Part shown: piece after piece, positions 19,901 through 29,102 of the stretch | Numbering within the stretch: position 1 is the stretch's first letter | Layout: each line of letters starts with the position of its first letter | From: an uncultured virus (IMG/VR IMGVR_UViG_3300043427_002950) | Lineage: Duplodnaviria; Heunggongvirae; Uroviricota; Caudoviricetes | DNA length: 64,000 nt | IMG/VR virus record: IMGVR_UViG_3300043427_002950 | Span: 62,001 to 126,000 of that record | Reading direction: 5' to 3' (one strand) | Made by a program: the position numbers and the translations under genes | The notes under the pieces: generated by a model | Databases searched by the model: none | Seen by the model: only the letters and a program-made list of their open reading frames with translations | What the model was told of the DNA's origin: nothing

Positions 19901-21524
19901 ACAAGGAAATCAGGGAGTCCAAGGTGCCCAAGGATTACAAGGAAATCAGGGAGTCCAAGGTGTCCAAGGATTACAAGGAAATCAGGGAGTCCAAGGTGTC
20001 CAAGGTCTCCAGGGAAATCAAGGAGTTCAAGGTGTTCAAGGAACCCAAGGTCTCCAGGGAAATCAGGGAGTTCAAGGAACTCAGGGATTACAAGGAAATC
20101 AGGGAGTTCAAGGAGTTCAAGGTCTCCAAGGAAATCAAGGAGTTCAAGGTGTTCAAGGAACCCAAGGTCTCCAAGGCAATCAAGGAGTTCAAGGAGTTCA
20201 AGGTGTTCAGGGTCTCCAAGGAAATCAGGGAGTTCAAGGTGTTCAAGGAACCCAAGGTCTCCAAGGTAATCAAGGAGTTCAAGGAGTTCAAGGTCTCCAA
20301 GGAAATCAAGGTGTCCAAGGTGTCCAAGGAAATCAGGGTGTCCAAGGTGTTCAAGGTCTTCAAGGAAATCAGGGTGTCCAAGGTGTTCAAGGTCTTCAAG
20401 GAAATCAGGGTGTCCAAGGTGTTCAAGGTCTCCAGGGAGTTCAAGGAAATCAAGGAGTTCAGGGAGTCCAAGGTCTCCAAGGTAATCAAGGTGTTCAAGG
20501 TCTTCAAGGAAATCAGGGTGTCCAAGGTGTCCAAGGTCTCCAGGGAGTTCAAGGTCTCCAAGGTGTTCAAGGTCTTCAAGGAAATCAGGGAGTCCAAGGT
20601 GTCCAAGGTCTTCAAGGAAATCAAGGAGTTCAAGGTGTCCAAGGGCTCCAAGGAAATCAAGGAGTTCAAGGTGTCCAAGGTGTCCAAGGATTACAAGGAA
20701 ATCAGGGAGTCCAAGGTGTCCAAGGTGTTCAAGGTCTCCAAGGAAATCAAGGAGTTCAAGGTGTCCAAGGTGTCCAAGGATTACAAGGAAATCAGGGAGT
20801 CCAAGGTGTCCAAGGATTACAAGGAAATCAGGGTGTTCAAGGCGTTCAAGGTCTTCAAGGAAATCAGGGAGTCCAAGGTGTCCAAGGATTACAAGGAAAT
20901 CAGGGTGTTCAAGGCGTTCAAGGTCTTCAAGGAAATCAGGGAGTCCAAGGTGTTCAAGGTTTACAAGGAAATCAGGGAGTTCAAGCAACTCAAGGACTCC
21001 AGGGTGTTCAAGGATTGCAAGGTCTTCAAGGCGCACTTAGCAATTTCCAGGGAACACAAGGAACACAAGGAAATCAGGGATTACAAGGAACACAAGGAAA
21101 ACAAGTATCAATTCCAGATCAAACAGTCATAATTGCATTTGAAGAGGTGTTTGATGGGTCTAGAACTACATTTACTCCATATGATAAAGTATTATTTGCA
21201 AATCAAGGATATTCTGTTGGATCTGGAAATCTTGCACGATTCATAAATAATGAGATAGACAGTTTGGCAAGATTTATACTTTCTGTCGGTGGAATTATTC
21301 AAGAACCAGATCCATCAAATAATCGTGGATTTAACACCAATCAAATTGGTGGTGGTGGAAATAATAAAGCAGCAGACCCAATTACTATCGCATTTGTTGA
21401 GGCACCAAAAGTTACAGATTCCTTCTTTGGGTATGCTGTTAAATCTACAAATTCCCCAACAAATATAAATCAATTTGGAACAGTTACAGATTCTATAGTT
21501 TATTCAATCATATTCGGAGTATAA
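16983..21524 (+). CDS. Very long collagen-like (Gly-X-Gln) fibre protein B (1513 aa)
   Basis: N-terminal VGIGT fibre repeats, ~1160 residues of G-X-Q, C-terminal domain ending DSIVYSIIFGV. Confidence 0.9.
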   Translation: MAKNYLSNRQRRVNIGIVSYTENETVLSIAAGKVGVGTNNAILDLHVEGKGYFSDAVAIGTETPQGAALWVDGDGYFTGVVTARTFFAGPTEITGGQIVDEAAIQKLRTQTLFVAGITTFLNGTVSIGVGTGVTTGTPNQLFQVYSGAYINGSVGIGTTIVYSDSKLHVAGSLKLDGTVYDKDGFGGNLDDLLYSNGDGTVSWKTALQGTQGTQGLQGALSNFQGTQGVQGVQGLQGNQGVQGLQGLQGHQGTQGVQGLQGNQGVQGLQGLQGHQGTQGVQGVQGLQGNQGVQGLQGLQGHQGTQGVQGLQGDQGVQGLQGNQGVQGTQGLQGFQGNQGVQGLQGLQGHQGTQGVQGLQGDQGVQGLQGLQGHQGTQGVQGLQGDQGVQGLQGLQGHQGTQGVQGLQGDQGVQGLQGNQGVQGTQGLQGFQGNQGVQGIQGLQGNQGVQGLQGNQGVQGVQGVQGLQGNQGVQGLQGNQGVQGVQGVQGLQGNQGLQGNQGVQGVQGLQGNQGVQGTQGLQGNQGVQGVQGLQGNQGVQGTQGLQGNQGVQGVQGLQGNQGVQGTQGLQGNQGVQGTQGLQGNQGVQGTQGLQGNQGVQGNQGTQGVQGLQGNQGVQGNQGLQGNQGVQGTQGLQGNQGVQGTQGLQGNQGVQGTQGLQGNQGVQGLQGNQGVQGTQGLQGNQGVQGNQGVQGIQGLQGFQGVQGVQGLQGNQGVQGIQGLQGFQGVQGVQGLQGNQGVQGIQGLQGFQGVQGVQGLQGNQGVQGVQGLQGFQGTQGTQGVQGLQGNQGVQGTQGLQGFQGVQGTQGLQGNQGVQGTQGLQGFQGVQGTQGLQGNQGVQGTQGLQGFQGVQGVQGLQGNQGVQGLQGNQGVQGVQGTQGLQGNQGVQGTQGLQGFQGAQGTQGVQGLQGNQGVQGTQGLQGNQGVQGVQGLQGNQGVQGVQGLQGNQGVQGVQGTQGLQGNQGVQGVQGVQGLQGNQGVQGAQGLQGNQGVQGVQGLQGNQGVQGVQGLQGNQGVQGVQGTQGLQGNQGVQGTQGLQGNQGVQGVQGLQGNQGVQGVQGTQGLQGNQGVQGVQGVQGLQGNQGVQGVQGTQGLQGNQGVQGVQGLQGNQGVQGVQGNQGVQGVQGLQGNQGVQGVQGLQGNQGVQGVQGLQGVQGNQGVQGVQGLQGNQGVQGLQGNQGVQGVQGLQGVQGLQGVQGLQGNQGVQGVQGLQGNQGVQGVQGLQGNQGVQGVQGVQGLQGNQGVQGVQGVQGLQGNQGVQGVQGVQGLQGNQGVQGVQGLQGNQGVQGVQGLQGNQGVQGVQGLQGNQGVQGVQGLQGNQGVQGVQGLQGNQGVQATQGLQGVQGLQGLQGALSNFQGTQGTQGNQGLQGTQGKQVSIPDQTVIIAFEEVFDGSRTTFTPYDKVLFANQGYSVGSGNLARFINNEIDSLARFILSVGGIIQEPDPSNNRGFNTNQIGGGGNNKAADPITIAFVEAPKVTDSFFGYAVKSTNSPTNINQFGTVTDSIVYSIIFGV
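17607..21100 (+). repeat. 9-bp-period coding tandem repeat (GGN-NNN-CAR) with higher-order perfect repeats
   Basis: Directly visible; e.g. a 72-bp unit repeated three times exactly at 19041..19256. Confidence 0.95.
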
Positions 21525-21530
21525 TTAAAA

Positions 21531-24506
21531 ATGGCAAGAAGATTTGAAAAATTATATAAATTTGATCCTGTTGCTGGAACATTAAAGATTCCAGGACATA
21601 TTGAACTTGAAGATTTACTTTTAGTTGTTAATACAACAAGAAATGTTATAATTTATAATTTTTCAGATCCCTCTAAAGGCGCAACATGGGAACATGATCA
21701 TTTAGGGGATGAAGATTACCCAGAAGCAATTGATGGGACATGCACTTTTAATTTTTTTGCGGATACATCTGGGATGTCTGCGGAAGATAGATTGCAAGTT
21801 GTAGTTGAAGATCAAAGAAGAGGAATTATTTCAAGACCTCCAGAATTTGGTTTAGACTCTATAGAAAGGCAAAGAGTTTCTAGTCCAGAAGCATTAATTG
21901 ACGCGGATTTTGAGTATGGAATTCAATTAACAAAATGGGATAACTTAGGATTAAATAGAAATATTCCTTCTTTTTATGAATTTCCAAAACCAACTCAAGA
22001 TATTAATAACATAGTTTCAAATGGGGTTTCTCCATTTTCATTGATTACTGTAACTTATAATGCTGGTGTTGCATCAACTGATGTTCCTGTTACTGGTGGA
22101 GTTATATCTGTAAGGGGAACTGGAAATCCACTTGCAGATGGACTTTTTATTGTTGAAAGTGGAGATTCTGTTACAGCAAAAACTTCATCTTATAGAGCAA
22201 AAGGAGTAATCTCTGTTGGATCTTCTTTACTCAACAATTATACTCAAGCAAAAGAGGGTGGAATTTTTGAAAGAGGGGTTTTGCCAGTTACGAGTTATCA
22301 AACTGGAGCAACTTCTGGTATTGTTACCGTTACATTTTCTGGATTTCATGGTTTAGTTCCAGGTTCTCCAATTTTAGTTGCAGATAACAGAGCTGGAAGA
22401 CAAACTCATGAAGGAAGATTTTATGTTCGTCAAGTTGTAGACGGAAGATCAATTAATTATGATTCTGGAAACACTCTAACGGACGTTCCAAACACAACAA
22501 ATACAGCAGTCTATGCAATAAATGACAGTTTCTTTGAACATGCACCTTTTGATGGTGGAGTAAAAACTGGATCATTATTGCCCGTTCATGGACTAGAAGC
22601 AAAAAGACAAACAAAAAGATATTTTAGATATCAAGCAGGAAAGGGAATTCTTTTCTCTACTGGAGCACTTCTTGCTCCATCTTTTGATGTAGATGATTTG
22701 GAAATTATTAATAATAAAACACAGATAAAAATAACAACTTCAGATTTTCATGGATTACAAACTGGAGCAGGAATTAAACTTATTGGAATTAGTACAACTG
22801 CTTCTGGAGATTCCTCATTAATCAACAAATATTATACAGTTTCTGGAATTACCAGTGAAAAGGCTATTATAGTAGATGCTGCTGCTGGTATTGCTGGAAC
22901 ATCAATAGTTACTGTAGATTCAAAAGTTGGAATTACAACATGGGCAGGAGCTGCAGTAAGACTTGGAATATTTGATGATTTTAATGGAATGTATTGGGAA
23001 TTTGATGGTCAAAAAATTTATATTGCTAAAAGGTCATCAACATACCAATTATCTGGATTTGCATCCATGAATGTTGGAAGTACAGAAATATTTGGTATTG
23101 GCACTAAATTTGCAGATCAACTTATAGTCGGAGATTCCTTACAAATTAAAGGACAGAGATATCAAGTTGTAGGAATTTCAAGTAATACTACGTGCCATGT
23201 TTCACCTCCATATAGAGGAGCTTCTTTCTCAGGTTCTAAAATATGTTTAATACAAGATAAAAGAGTACCGCAAGAAGATTTCAACTTTGATACTATAAAT
23301 GGAAAAGGACCATCTCATTTTAATTTAAAAACTGATGGAGACGCATTTAGAAAAATGCAGATGTTTGGAATACAATATTCTTGGTATGGTGCTGGATATA
23401 TTGATTATGCTATTCGTGGTCCATTAGGTGAATGGATTATTGCACATCGTATTGCAAATAATAATAAAAATACAGAAGCATACATGAGATCTGGAAATCT
23501 TCCAGCAAGATATGAAGTGTCTCATAATACTGCAAGAAGTAAATTAACTAATCAGACAGGATTTACAACTACAACTTTGAATTTGAAGGATGCTAATGAA
23601 TTCCCAACTCCACTTCCTGGATATCCAGAATATGTTGAAGTCACCAGTAAACAAACAATTAGTGGATCTGATAATTATATTCATGAGATTATGAGTTACA
23701 CTGGAAAATCAGGTAATACTTTAACTGGAGTTACAACTTCTACAAACTATAGTATTTTCTTAAGTGGATCAGAAAGAACATTTTACGGTCCTGGTGGAAT
23801 TGCTGAAGCAGGAAAAAGATTACAATCATGGAATCATCCAGAACATAGTTCAGTAATATTAATCAATACTACTTGTGCTCCAACAATTACTCACTGGGGG
23901 TCATCGGTAATTATGGATGGAGGATTTGATGGGGACCCTACTATTCAATTTTCATTAACGAGAAATACAATTGATGTTGCTGGTGGAGCACAAGTATTAG
24001 TTGGAGTACTTAGACCAGCTCCTTCAGTTTCCGATACTTTAATTGGCAATCTTGGAGAAAGGGAACTAATTAATAGATCTCTTATTAAGTTTGGAAATTT
24101 ATATGTATCTTCAAAACTTGGAACAGGAAATATTCAACCAACAACAATTGAAGTTATTGGAATATTAAATTCTACAGGATATGAAAATACATCTTGGATT
24201 TCTGCAAATCGAGTAACAATTGGAACAAATAATTATTATCAACCATCTTTTGTTCAATATAGTACTACCGAAACTCTTATTCCAAGAGATGGTGAAATTC
24301 TTTTTAGATTCCAATTAAGATCTGATGAGAGTAAAATTTTTGACCTTACTGGAATTAAAGAATTGCAAAATAGCATATTGGGTGGAAATAGAACATATCC
24401 AGATGGTCCAGAAGTTCTTGCAGTGGTTATAAACAACCCAGATGGTGGCGCATCAGATAATGCTATTGTTGATATCTCTCTTAGTTGGACGGAGGCACAA
24501 GCATAA
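21531..24506 (+). CDS. Large virion structural/tail protein (991 aa)
   Basis: YKFDP...LLLVVNTTRNVIIYNFSDP N-terminus, LIDADFEYG, RQTKRYFRYQAGKG, YSWYGAG, ends SWTEAQA; these recur in cyanomyophage structural proteins. Confidence 0.7.
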   Translation: MARRFEKLYKFDPVAGTLKIPGHIELEDLLLVVNTTRNVIIYNFSDPSKGATWEHDHLGDEDYPEAIDGTCTFNFFADTSGMSAEDRLQVVVEDQRRGIISRPPEFGLDSIERQRVSSPEALIDADFEYGIQLTKWDNLGLNRNIPSFYEFPKPTQDINNIVSNGVSPFSLITVTYNAGVASTDVPVTGGVISVRGTGNPLADGLFIVESGDSVTAKTSSYRAKGVISVGSSLLNNYTQAKEGGIFERGVLPVTSYQTGATSGIVTVTFSGFHGLVPGSPILVADNRAGRQTHEGRFYVRQVVDGRSINYDSGNTLTDVPNTTNTAVYAINDSFFEHAPFDGGVKTGSLLPVHGLEAKRQTKRYFRYQAGKGILFSTGALLAPSFDVDDLEIINNKTQIKITTSDFHGLQTGAGIKLIGISTTASGDSSLINKYYTVSGITSEKAIIVDAAAGIAGTSIVTVDSKVGITTWAGAAVRLGIFDDFNGMYWEFDGQKIYIAKRSSTYQLSGFASMNVGSTEIFGIGTKFADQLIVGDSLQIKGQRYQVVGISSNTTCHVSPPYRGASFSGSKICLIQDKRVPQEDFNFDTINGKGPSHFNLKTDGDAFRKMQMFGIQYSWYGAGYIDYAIRGPLGEWIIAHRIANNNKNTEAYMRSGNLPARYEVSHNTARSKLTNQTGFTTTTLNLKDANEFPTPLPGYPEYVEVTSKQTISGSDNYIHEIMSYTGKSGNTLTGVTTSTNYSIFLSGSERTFYGPGGIAEAGKRLQSWNHPEHSSVILINTTCAPTITHWGSSVIMDGGFDGDPTIQFSLTRNTIDVAGGAQVLVGVLRPAPSVSDTLIGNLGERELINRSLIKFGNLYVSSKLGTGNIQPTTIEVIGILNSTGYENTSWISANRVTIGTNNYYQPSFVQYSTTETLIPRDGEILFRFQLRSDESKIFDLTGIKELQNSILGGNRTYPDGPEVLAVVINNPDGGASDNAIVDISLSWTEAQA

Positions 24507-25969
24507 TGGCAGAATTATCAAGAGGTCAAATACTTAAAAATCCAGAAGTTATTTCTGGAGTATCTGGTGTAGGTGCAACAATTCGATTACAAGATGGAGA
24601 TAGAAGTGCTTATGTTGATATAAAATGCCCTGATACATTAGCATCGTCTTATCAATTAACTCTACCATTAAATGATGGAAATTCAGATCAAGTATTAAAA
24701 ACTGATGGATCTGGAACTCTTTCCTGGTCAGATACTCCAGCATCTGGAAGTAATACTCAATTACAATACAACAATTCTGGCGTTTTTGCTGGTGCTGCAG
24801 CTACTACAAATGGAAGTAGTGTATATTTTAACGCAGGAAGTGGTGTAATTTTTAAAGATAGTGTTGATTTATATTCTCAGATCAAACATTCAGCATCTTC
24901 AAATATAGATGGAGTAAATAATTTAGTTTATAATTTACCTCAACATGTTGGACTTGGAGGTTCTGTATTAAAAGTATTAACAAATCCAGTAAGTGGTGAG
25001 CATACACTTCATTGGGCTCCAGATCTTCTTGGTGAGTTTGATAGTGTTGCTGGAGCCGACGGATCAATTCAATATAATAACGGTGGACTTCATGGAGGGT
25101 CTACAAATCTTATTTTTGATGATAACACCAATACGATAGAATTAATTGGAAATCTTTTTGTTGGAAATAAAACAAGCCCAACAACGACGACTGTTGGAAT
25201 AGCAACTGTAACCACTAGATTGGCAGTAGGTCCTATAACAAACACTACAGGAGAAGGTGTTTTAATAAGAACAACTGCATTAGCTGGAAACCCAAATGCC
25301 ATTTCAATCTCAAATCCAACTAATGCAGTAACATTAACTGTTGGTTATCAAGGAAACGAGCCAATAATAAGATCAACGGGTGCAGATTTAAATCTCGTTA
25401 ATGTAACATCTGGTGAAATTGTATTAGATCCAACAAACAATGTAACACTTTCTGGAAATAAAAGTTTCAGATTTGCAAATAGTGGAAACACTCAGTTTGC
25501 ATCTTTTAAATTTAATAACCCAACTACAGATTATACAGTAACTTTACCAGCAACAGATGGTATTCAAGATGACATTCTCCAAAGAGATGCGTCTGGAATT
25601 ATGCAGTGGGTTGATAATAGAAGAGTTGTAAATGCTGTATTTTATGGAGGTTCAAATCCAATTGGAAGTGGATCAACGGTTGTTCTTTCAATACCAAATG
25701 ATTGCACAATCATTGAAGCAAGATTAATTGCTGGGGTATCTGACAGCATGACAATTATCGTAGAACGTTCAACTTTTGCAGCAACACCATCATGGGCAGA
25801 CATAAGCAATGGTGGACAAGCATTGAGTTCAGCAATTGCTGTTTCAAATACTGCATTAACTGGGTGGACAACTCAACTTAATAGAGGAGATTTATTAAGA
25901 TTTAGAGTAACAACAATTCCAACATCTGCAGTAAATGCCACATTATCACTAATACTTAGATCTAGATAA
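24506..25969 (+). CDS. Tail fibre protein (start revised to ATG 24506)
   Basis: TAATG stop/start coupling; LTLP..DG..QVL.TDGSG.LSW and G....QYNN.G...G fibre repeats; C-terminal LNRGDLLRF domain. Confidence 0.75.
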   Translation: MAELSRGQILKNPEVISGVSGVGATIRLQDGDRSAYVDIKCPDTLASSYQLTLPLNDGNSDQVLKTDGSGTLSWSDTPASGSNTQLQYNNSGVFAGAAATTNGSSVYFNAGSGVIFKDSVDLYSQIKHSASSNIDGVNNLVYNLPQHVGLGGSVLKVLTNPVSGEHTLHWAPDLLGEFDSVAGADGSIQYNNGGLHGGSTNLIFDDNTNTIELIGNLFVGNKTSPTTTTVGIATVTTRLAVGPITNTTGEGVLIRTTALAGNPNAISISNPTNAVTLTVGYQGNEPIIRSTGADLNLVNVTSGEIVLDPTNNVTLSGNKSFRFANSGNTQFASFKFNNPTTDYTVTLPATDGIQDDILQRDASGIMQWVDNRRVVNAVFYGGSNPIGSGSTVVLSIPNDCTIIEARLIAGVSDSMTIIVERSTFAATPSWADISNGGQALSSAIAVSNTALTGWTTQLNRGDLLRFRVTTIPTSAVNATLSLILRSR

Positions 25970-25971
25970 TC

Positions 25972-26526
25972 ATGCCATATCAAACTTTATTTCCTGATGC
26001 AATTTTAGCTTCTGCAAATTATACAGCACCTGTAACTGTTGGTAATATTGATAATGGTGTAAGTAGTGCCGATACAGTATATCTCGATGCAAATGGAGGT
26101 GGACAAACTCAAGTTCGCGTGTCCTTTCCAACTCCAACACAAACTTTCGATAGACCTGGATTAGTTGGAATTCAAACATTCAGATGTTCTTTTAGAAGAA
26201 GAAATGCAGCTAATAGTGGAACGGGAGGTCAAAACGTAACAGCAACATTGACTTTATTTGAAAATGGAACAACAAGAAATATTTCCGCATCGGCAACAAA
26301 CACTGGAGCAACTAATGTAACAGCAGTACTTGAAGTAAATGCAAGTACAATTAATCCAAGTCTTGCAACAGGTTCTGGAGTAGAATTGCTGGTAGCACAA
26401 ACTGCTGGAGGTGTTGGAGGTGGAGCTGCTACTAGATCCTATGTTGAAGTTAATGAAATTGAATGGATATCACAAACTCCACAACCTTATACTTACCAAT
26501 CTTATAATTGGGGAGAAGTATCTTAG
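25972..26526 (+). CDS. Hypothetical beta-rich protein, possible fibre tip/adhesin
   Basis: T/G/A/N-rich, last gene of the structural run, directly after the fibre gene. Confidence 0.5.
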   Translation: MPYQTLFPDAILASANYTAPVTVGNIDNGVSSADTVYLDANGGGQTQVRVSFPTPTQTFDRPGLVGIQTFRCSFRRRNAANSGTGGQNVTATLTLFENGTTRNISASATNTGATNVTAVLEVNASTINPSLATGSGVELLVAQTAGGVGGGAATRSYVEVNEIEWISQTPQPYTYQSYNWGEVS

Positions 26527-26563
26527 AGACTTTATTAATATAACTATCATCCTTGACAAGGAC

Positions 26564-26592
26564 ATTGTAACAAAAAATTGAACCTAAGTCAA
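26564..26592 (-). promoter_or_regulatory. Minus-strand sigma70-type promoter (TTGACT-17-TACAAT), antisense to the tail genes
   Basis: On the + strand, AGTCAA 26587-26592 and ATTGTA 26564-26569 with a 17-bp spacer. Confidence 0.6.
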
Positions 26593-26594
26593 GC

Positions 26595-26639
26595 TTGCTT
26601 TTTGAAATAAAAACGACTATACTGATAAGATTCTAAATA
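26595..26639 (+). promoter_or_regulatory. sigma70-type promoter (TTGCTT-17-TATACT) plus late-like CTAAATA
   Basis: Boxes at 26595-26600, 26618-26623 and 26633-26639, upstream of the glycan cluster. Confidence 0.55.
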
Positions 26640-26662
26640 TATCGAATTGACTTGAGATATTC

Positions 26663-27658
26663 ATGACTGTAGATCCAAATAATCTGGTAAAACTTGCTAT
26701 TCAAAATGGAGGAAGTATTCATCCTCTTGTTATTCCATCTAAAGATTTAAAGGGTCCAGCTTTAATGAACCCTTCAATTTATGTGGATGGGGATAAAATT
26801 TGGGTAAATCTTAGAAATATTAATTACACATTATATCATTCAGAAACAAAAAAGTTTGAGCATCATTGGGGTCCTTTAGTTTATATTCATCCAGAAAATG
26901 ATCTTCGTCTTCGCACATGGAATATTATGTGTGAACTTGATGAGGACATGAGAATCAAAAAATACCATCATATTGATACGACAAAATTTCCCAATAAAGA
27001 ACTTTGGGATTTTGTTGGGTTAGAAGATGTTCGTATTTTTAGATGGGAAGGAAAATTTTATACTTGTGGAGTTAGACGAGATTTAGAAACCACAGGTATT
27101 GGTAGAATGGAACTATGTGAACTTGAGATTGGTGATGGATATGTAAAAGAAATAAATCAAATTCGTATTCCTACCCCTGGAAATGATGATTCTTATTGCG
27201 AGAAAAATTGGATGCCAATTCTCGATATGCCATATCACTTCTTAAAGTGGACTAATGGAACTGAAATTGTAAAATATGATTTAGAATCTAAAAAAACAGA
27301 AAAAGTTGTCTCACATCATTGGAAAGATCTTGGATGTATTGATCTTCGTGGAGGATCTCAAGTTCTTAGGTTTGATGAAAAGCATAGATTTTGTTTAACA
27401 CATGAAACATTTTTAACTCAAAGTCCTCATTATAGAAAAGATGGAACTTACAGACATAGATTTGTTGTCTTTGATGAAGATTGGAACATTGTTAAAGTTT
27501 CTAAAAGATTCTCATTTTTGAATGCGGAAATAGAATTTGCAGTTGGAATGACTGAATATAAAGAAGATTATCTAATTACTTTTGGATTTCAAGATAATGC
27601 ATCATATCTTTTAAAAGCATCTAAGGAATTTGTTAAAAATTATATTTTTGAGGATTGA
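26663..27658 (+). CDS. Five-bladed beta-propeller glycosidase/phosphorylase-like protein (GH130-like)
   Basis: NPSI, GLEDVR, EKNWMP, LRGGS and IEFAVG motifs. Confidence 0.6.
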   Translation: MTVDPNNLVKLAIQNGGSIHPLVIPSKDLKGPALMNPSIYVDGDKIWVNLRNINYTLYHSETKKFEHHWGPLVYIHPENDLRLRTWNIMCELDEDMRIKKYHHIDTTKFPNKELWDFVGLEDVRIFRWEGKFYTCGVRRDLETTGIGRMELCELEIGDGYVKEINQIRIPTPGNDDSYCEKNWMPILDMPYHFLKWTNGTEIVKYDLESKKTEKVVSHHWKDLGCIDLRGGSQVLRFDEKHRFCLTHETFLTQSPHYRKDGTYRHRFVVFDEDWNIVKVSKRFSFLNAEIEFAVGMTEYKEDYLITFGFQDNASYLLKASKEFVKNYIFED

Positions 27659-27660
27659 TT

Positions 27661-28779
27661 ATGAATATCATTATCCCAATGGCGGGACTTGGTAGTAGGT
27701 TTTCTAAAAATGGAATTAAAACACCTAAACCTTTGATTAAAGTTAATGGAAAAACTCTTATTGAACATTCTGTAGAATCTCTTGGTATTCCTGGAAGATA
27801 TATTTTCATTACCCGAAATTATGAAGATCCTCAATACAATGAAGAACTGACAAAGATTCTTAAAAAATTAGATCCAAATTGTGAAGAAATTCGCATTGAT
27901 AATGTTACAAGTGGATGCAGTGAAACTTGTCTTTATGCAAAGCATTTAATTGATAATGAAGAAGAGTTGATTATTACGAATTGCGATCAACTCATGGATT
28001 GGGATCCTAATGCTTTTTTGGAAGAAGTCTCAGACAATCTTTCCGTAGATGGAGCAGTTGTATTATTTAAATCAAAAGATCCTAAAAATAGTTTTGCTAA
28101 AATTAAAGAAAATTATACTAATGGATGCAAAATTGTAAAGATTGTGGAAAAAGATCCAATTAGTGATAATGCTCTTGTTGGAATACATTATTGGGCAAGA
28201 GGAAAAGATTTTGTAGAGTCTTCTGAAAATTTACTTAAACATTTTAGAATAAGTGGACTTCCAGAATGTTATATCTCAGAAACTTATAATTATTTGATTG
28301 AAAGAAATTATTCTATTGTTCCATTTTTTATTCCCAAAAATAGTTATATTCCATTAGGAACTCCCGAAGATGTTTCAATTTATCTTGGAAAGTTAAAGGA
28401 ATTTTATACAAATAAACCAAAAACAATTTTTTGTGATTTGGATGGAACAGTGTTAAAACACTGTCATAAATTTAGTGATCTAAATCAAATTGATCCAGAA
28501 GTTCTTCCTGGAGTTAATAATAAATTTAATGAATGGGATTCTAAAGGATATAAAATTATTTTAACAACTGCTAGAAAAGAATCTGCCAGAGAAATGACAG
28601 AGAATCATCTTAAATCTCTGGGAATATGTTGGGATCATTTGATTATGGGTGTTTCTAGTGGAGTTAGAGTTTTAATCAATGATAAACTCAAAGATGAAGA
28701 CAACGATAGATCTGTAGCAATTAATTTAATTACTGACTCTGGATTTGATAGTGTTGATTGGGAGAAATATAATCTATGA
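27661..28779 (+). CDS. Sugar-phosphate nucleotidyltransferase fused to a HAD phosphatase
   Basis: IIIPMAGLGSRF...PKPLI, NCDQ, EK..IS, LGTPED; C-terminal CDLDGT...LTTAR...INDK HAD motifs. Confidence 0.85.
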   Translation: MNIIIPMAGLGSRFSKNGIKTPKPLIKVNGKTLIEHSVESLGIPGRYIFITRNYEDPQYNEELTKILKKLDPNCEEIRIDNVTSGCSETCLYAKHLIDNEEELIITNCDQLMDWDPNAFLEEVSDNLSVDGAVVLFKSKDPKNSFAKIKENYTNGCKIVKIVEKDPISDNALVGIHYWARGKDFVESSENLLKHFRISGLPECYISETYNYLIERNYSIVPFFIPKNSYIPLGTPEDVSIYLGKLKEFYTNKPKTIFCDLDGTVLKHCHKFSDLNQIDPEVLPGVNNKFNEWDSKGYKIILTTARKESAREMTENHLKSLGICWDHLIMGVSSGVRVLINDKLKDEDNDRSVAINLITDSGFDSVDWEKYNL

Positions 28780-29102
28780 AATTAGATAGACTTGATAGAA
28801 TGATTGGTGGATGGTTTATTGGAAACTTTGATTGTGCGTATAAAACTGATGCAGTTGAAGTTTCTTATAAAACTCATCCGAAGGGTGAGCAATGGGATAT
28901 TCATTACCATGAAAAAGTCACAGAAATAAATTTGTTGGTTCGTGGTAGAATGATTCTTCAAGGAGTGGAATTAAATGCTGGAGATATTTTTACTTTAACC
29001 CCTTTTGAAATTGCAGATCCAGAATTTTTAGAAGATTGTGAAATAGTATGTGTGAAACTTCCTGGTATACAAAACGATAAAATTTCCTTAACAAAAAAAT
29101 GA
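28776..29102 (+). CDS. Cupin-domain protein
   Basis: GWFIGNF; HYH...E.N...G.M cupin motif; ATGA-coupled to upstream gene. Confidence 0.75.
   Translation: MKLDRLDRMIGGWFIGNFDCAYKTDAVEVSYKTHPKGEQWDIHYHEKVTEINLLVRGRMILQGVELNAGDIFTLTPFEIADPEFLEDCEIVCVKLPGIQNDKISLTKK

Noticed and set aside
17607..21100. CRISPR-like periodicity
   Set aside because: A 9-bp coding period without unique spacers; no cas genes.
17458..21132. 1192-aa minus-strand ORF, 1155-aa alternative-frame ORF and other shadow ORFs over the long collagen
   Set aside because: The GGN-NNN-CAR repeat is intrinsically stop-poor in other frames (e.g. AAG/GNN/NNC codons cannot be stops). These ORFs start and end with the repeat.
1680..26526. 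Diversity-generating retroelement or invertase-type fibre switching
   Set aside because: No reverse transcriptase or recombinase in the window, no adenine-specific TR/VR pair seen, and all cassettes are co-oriented.
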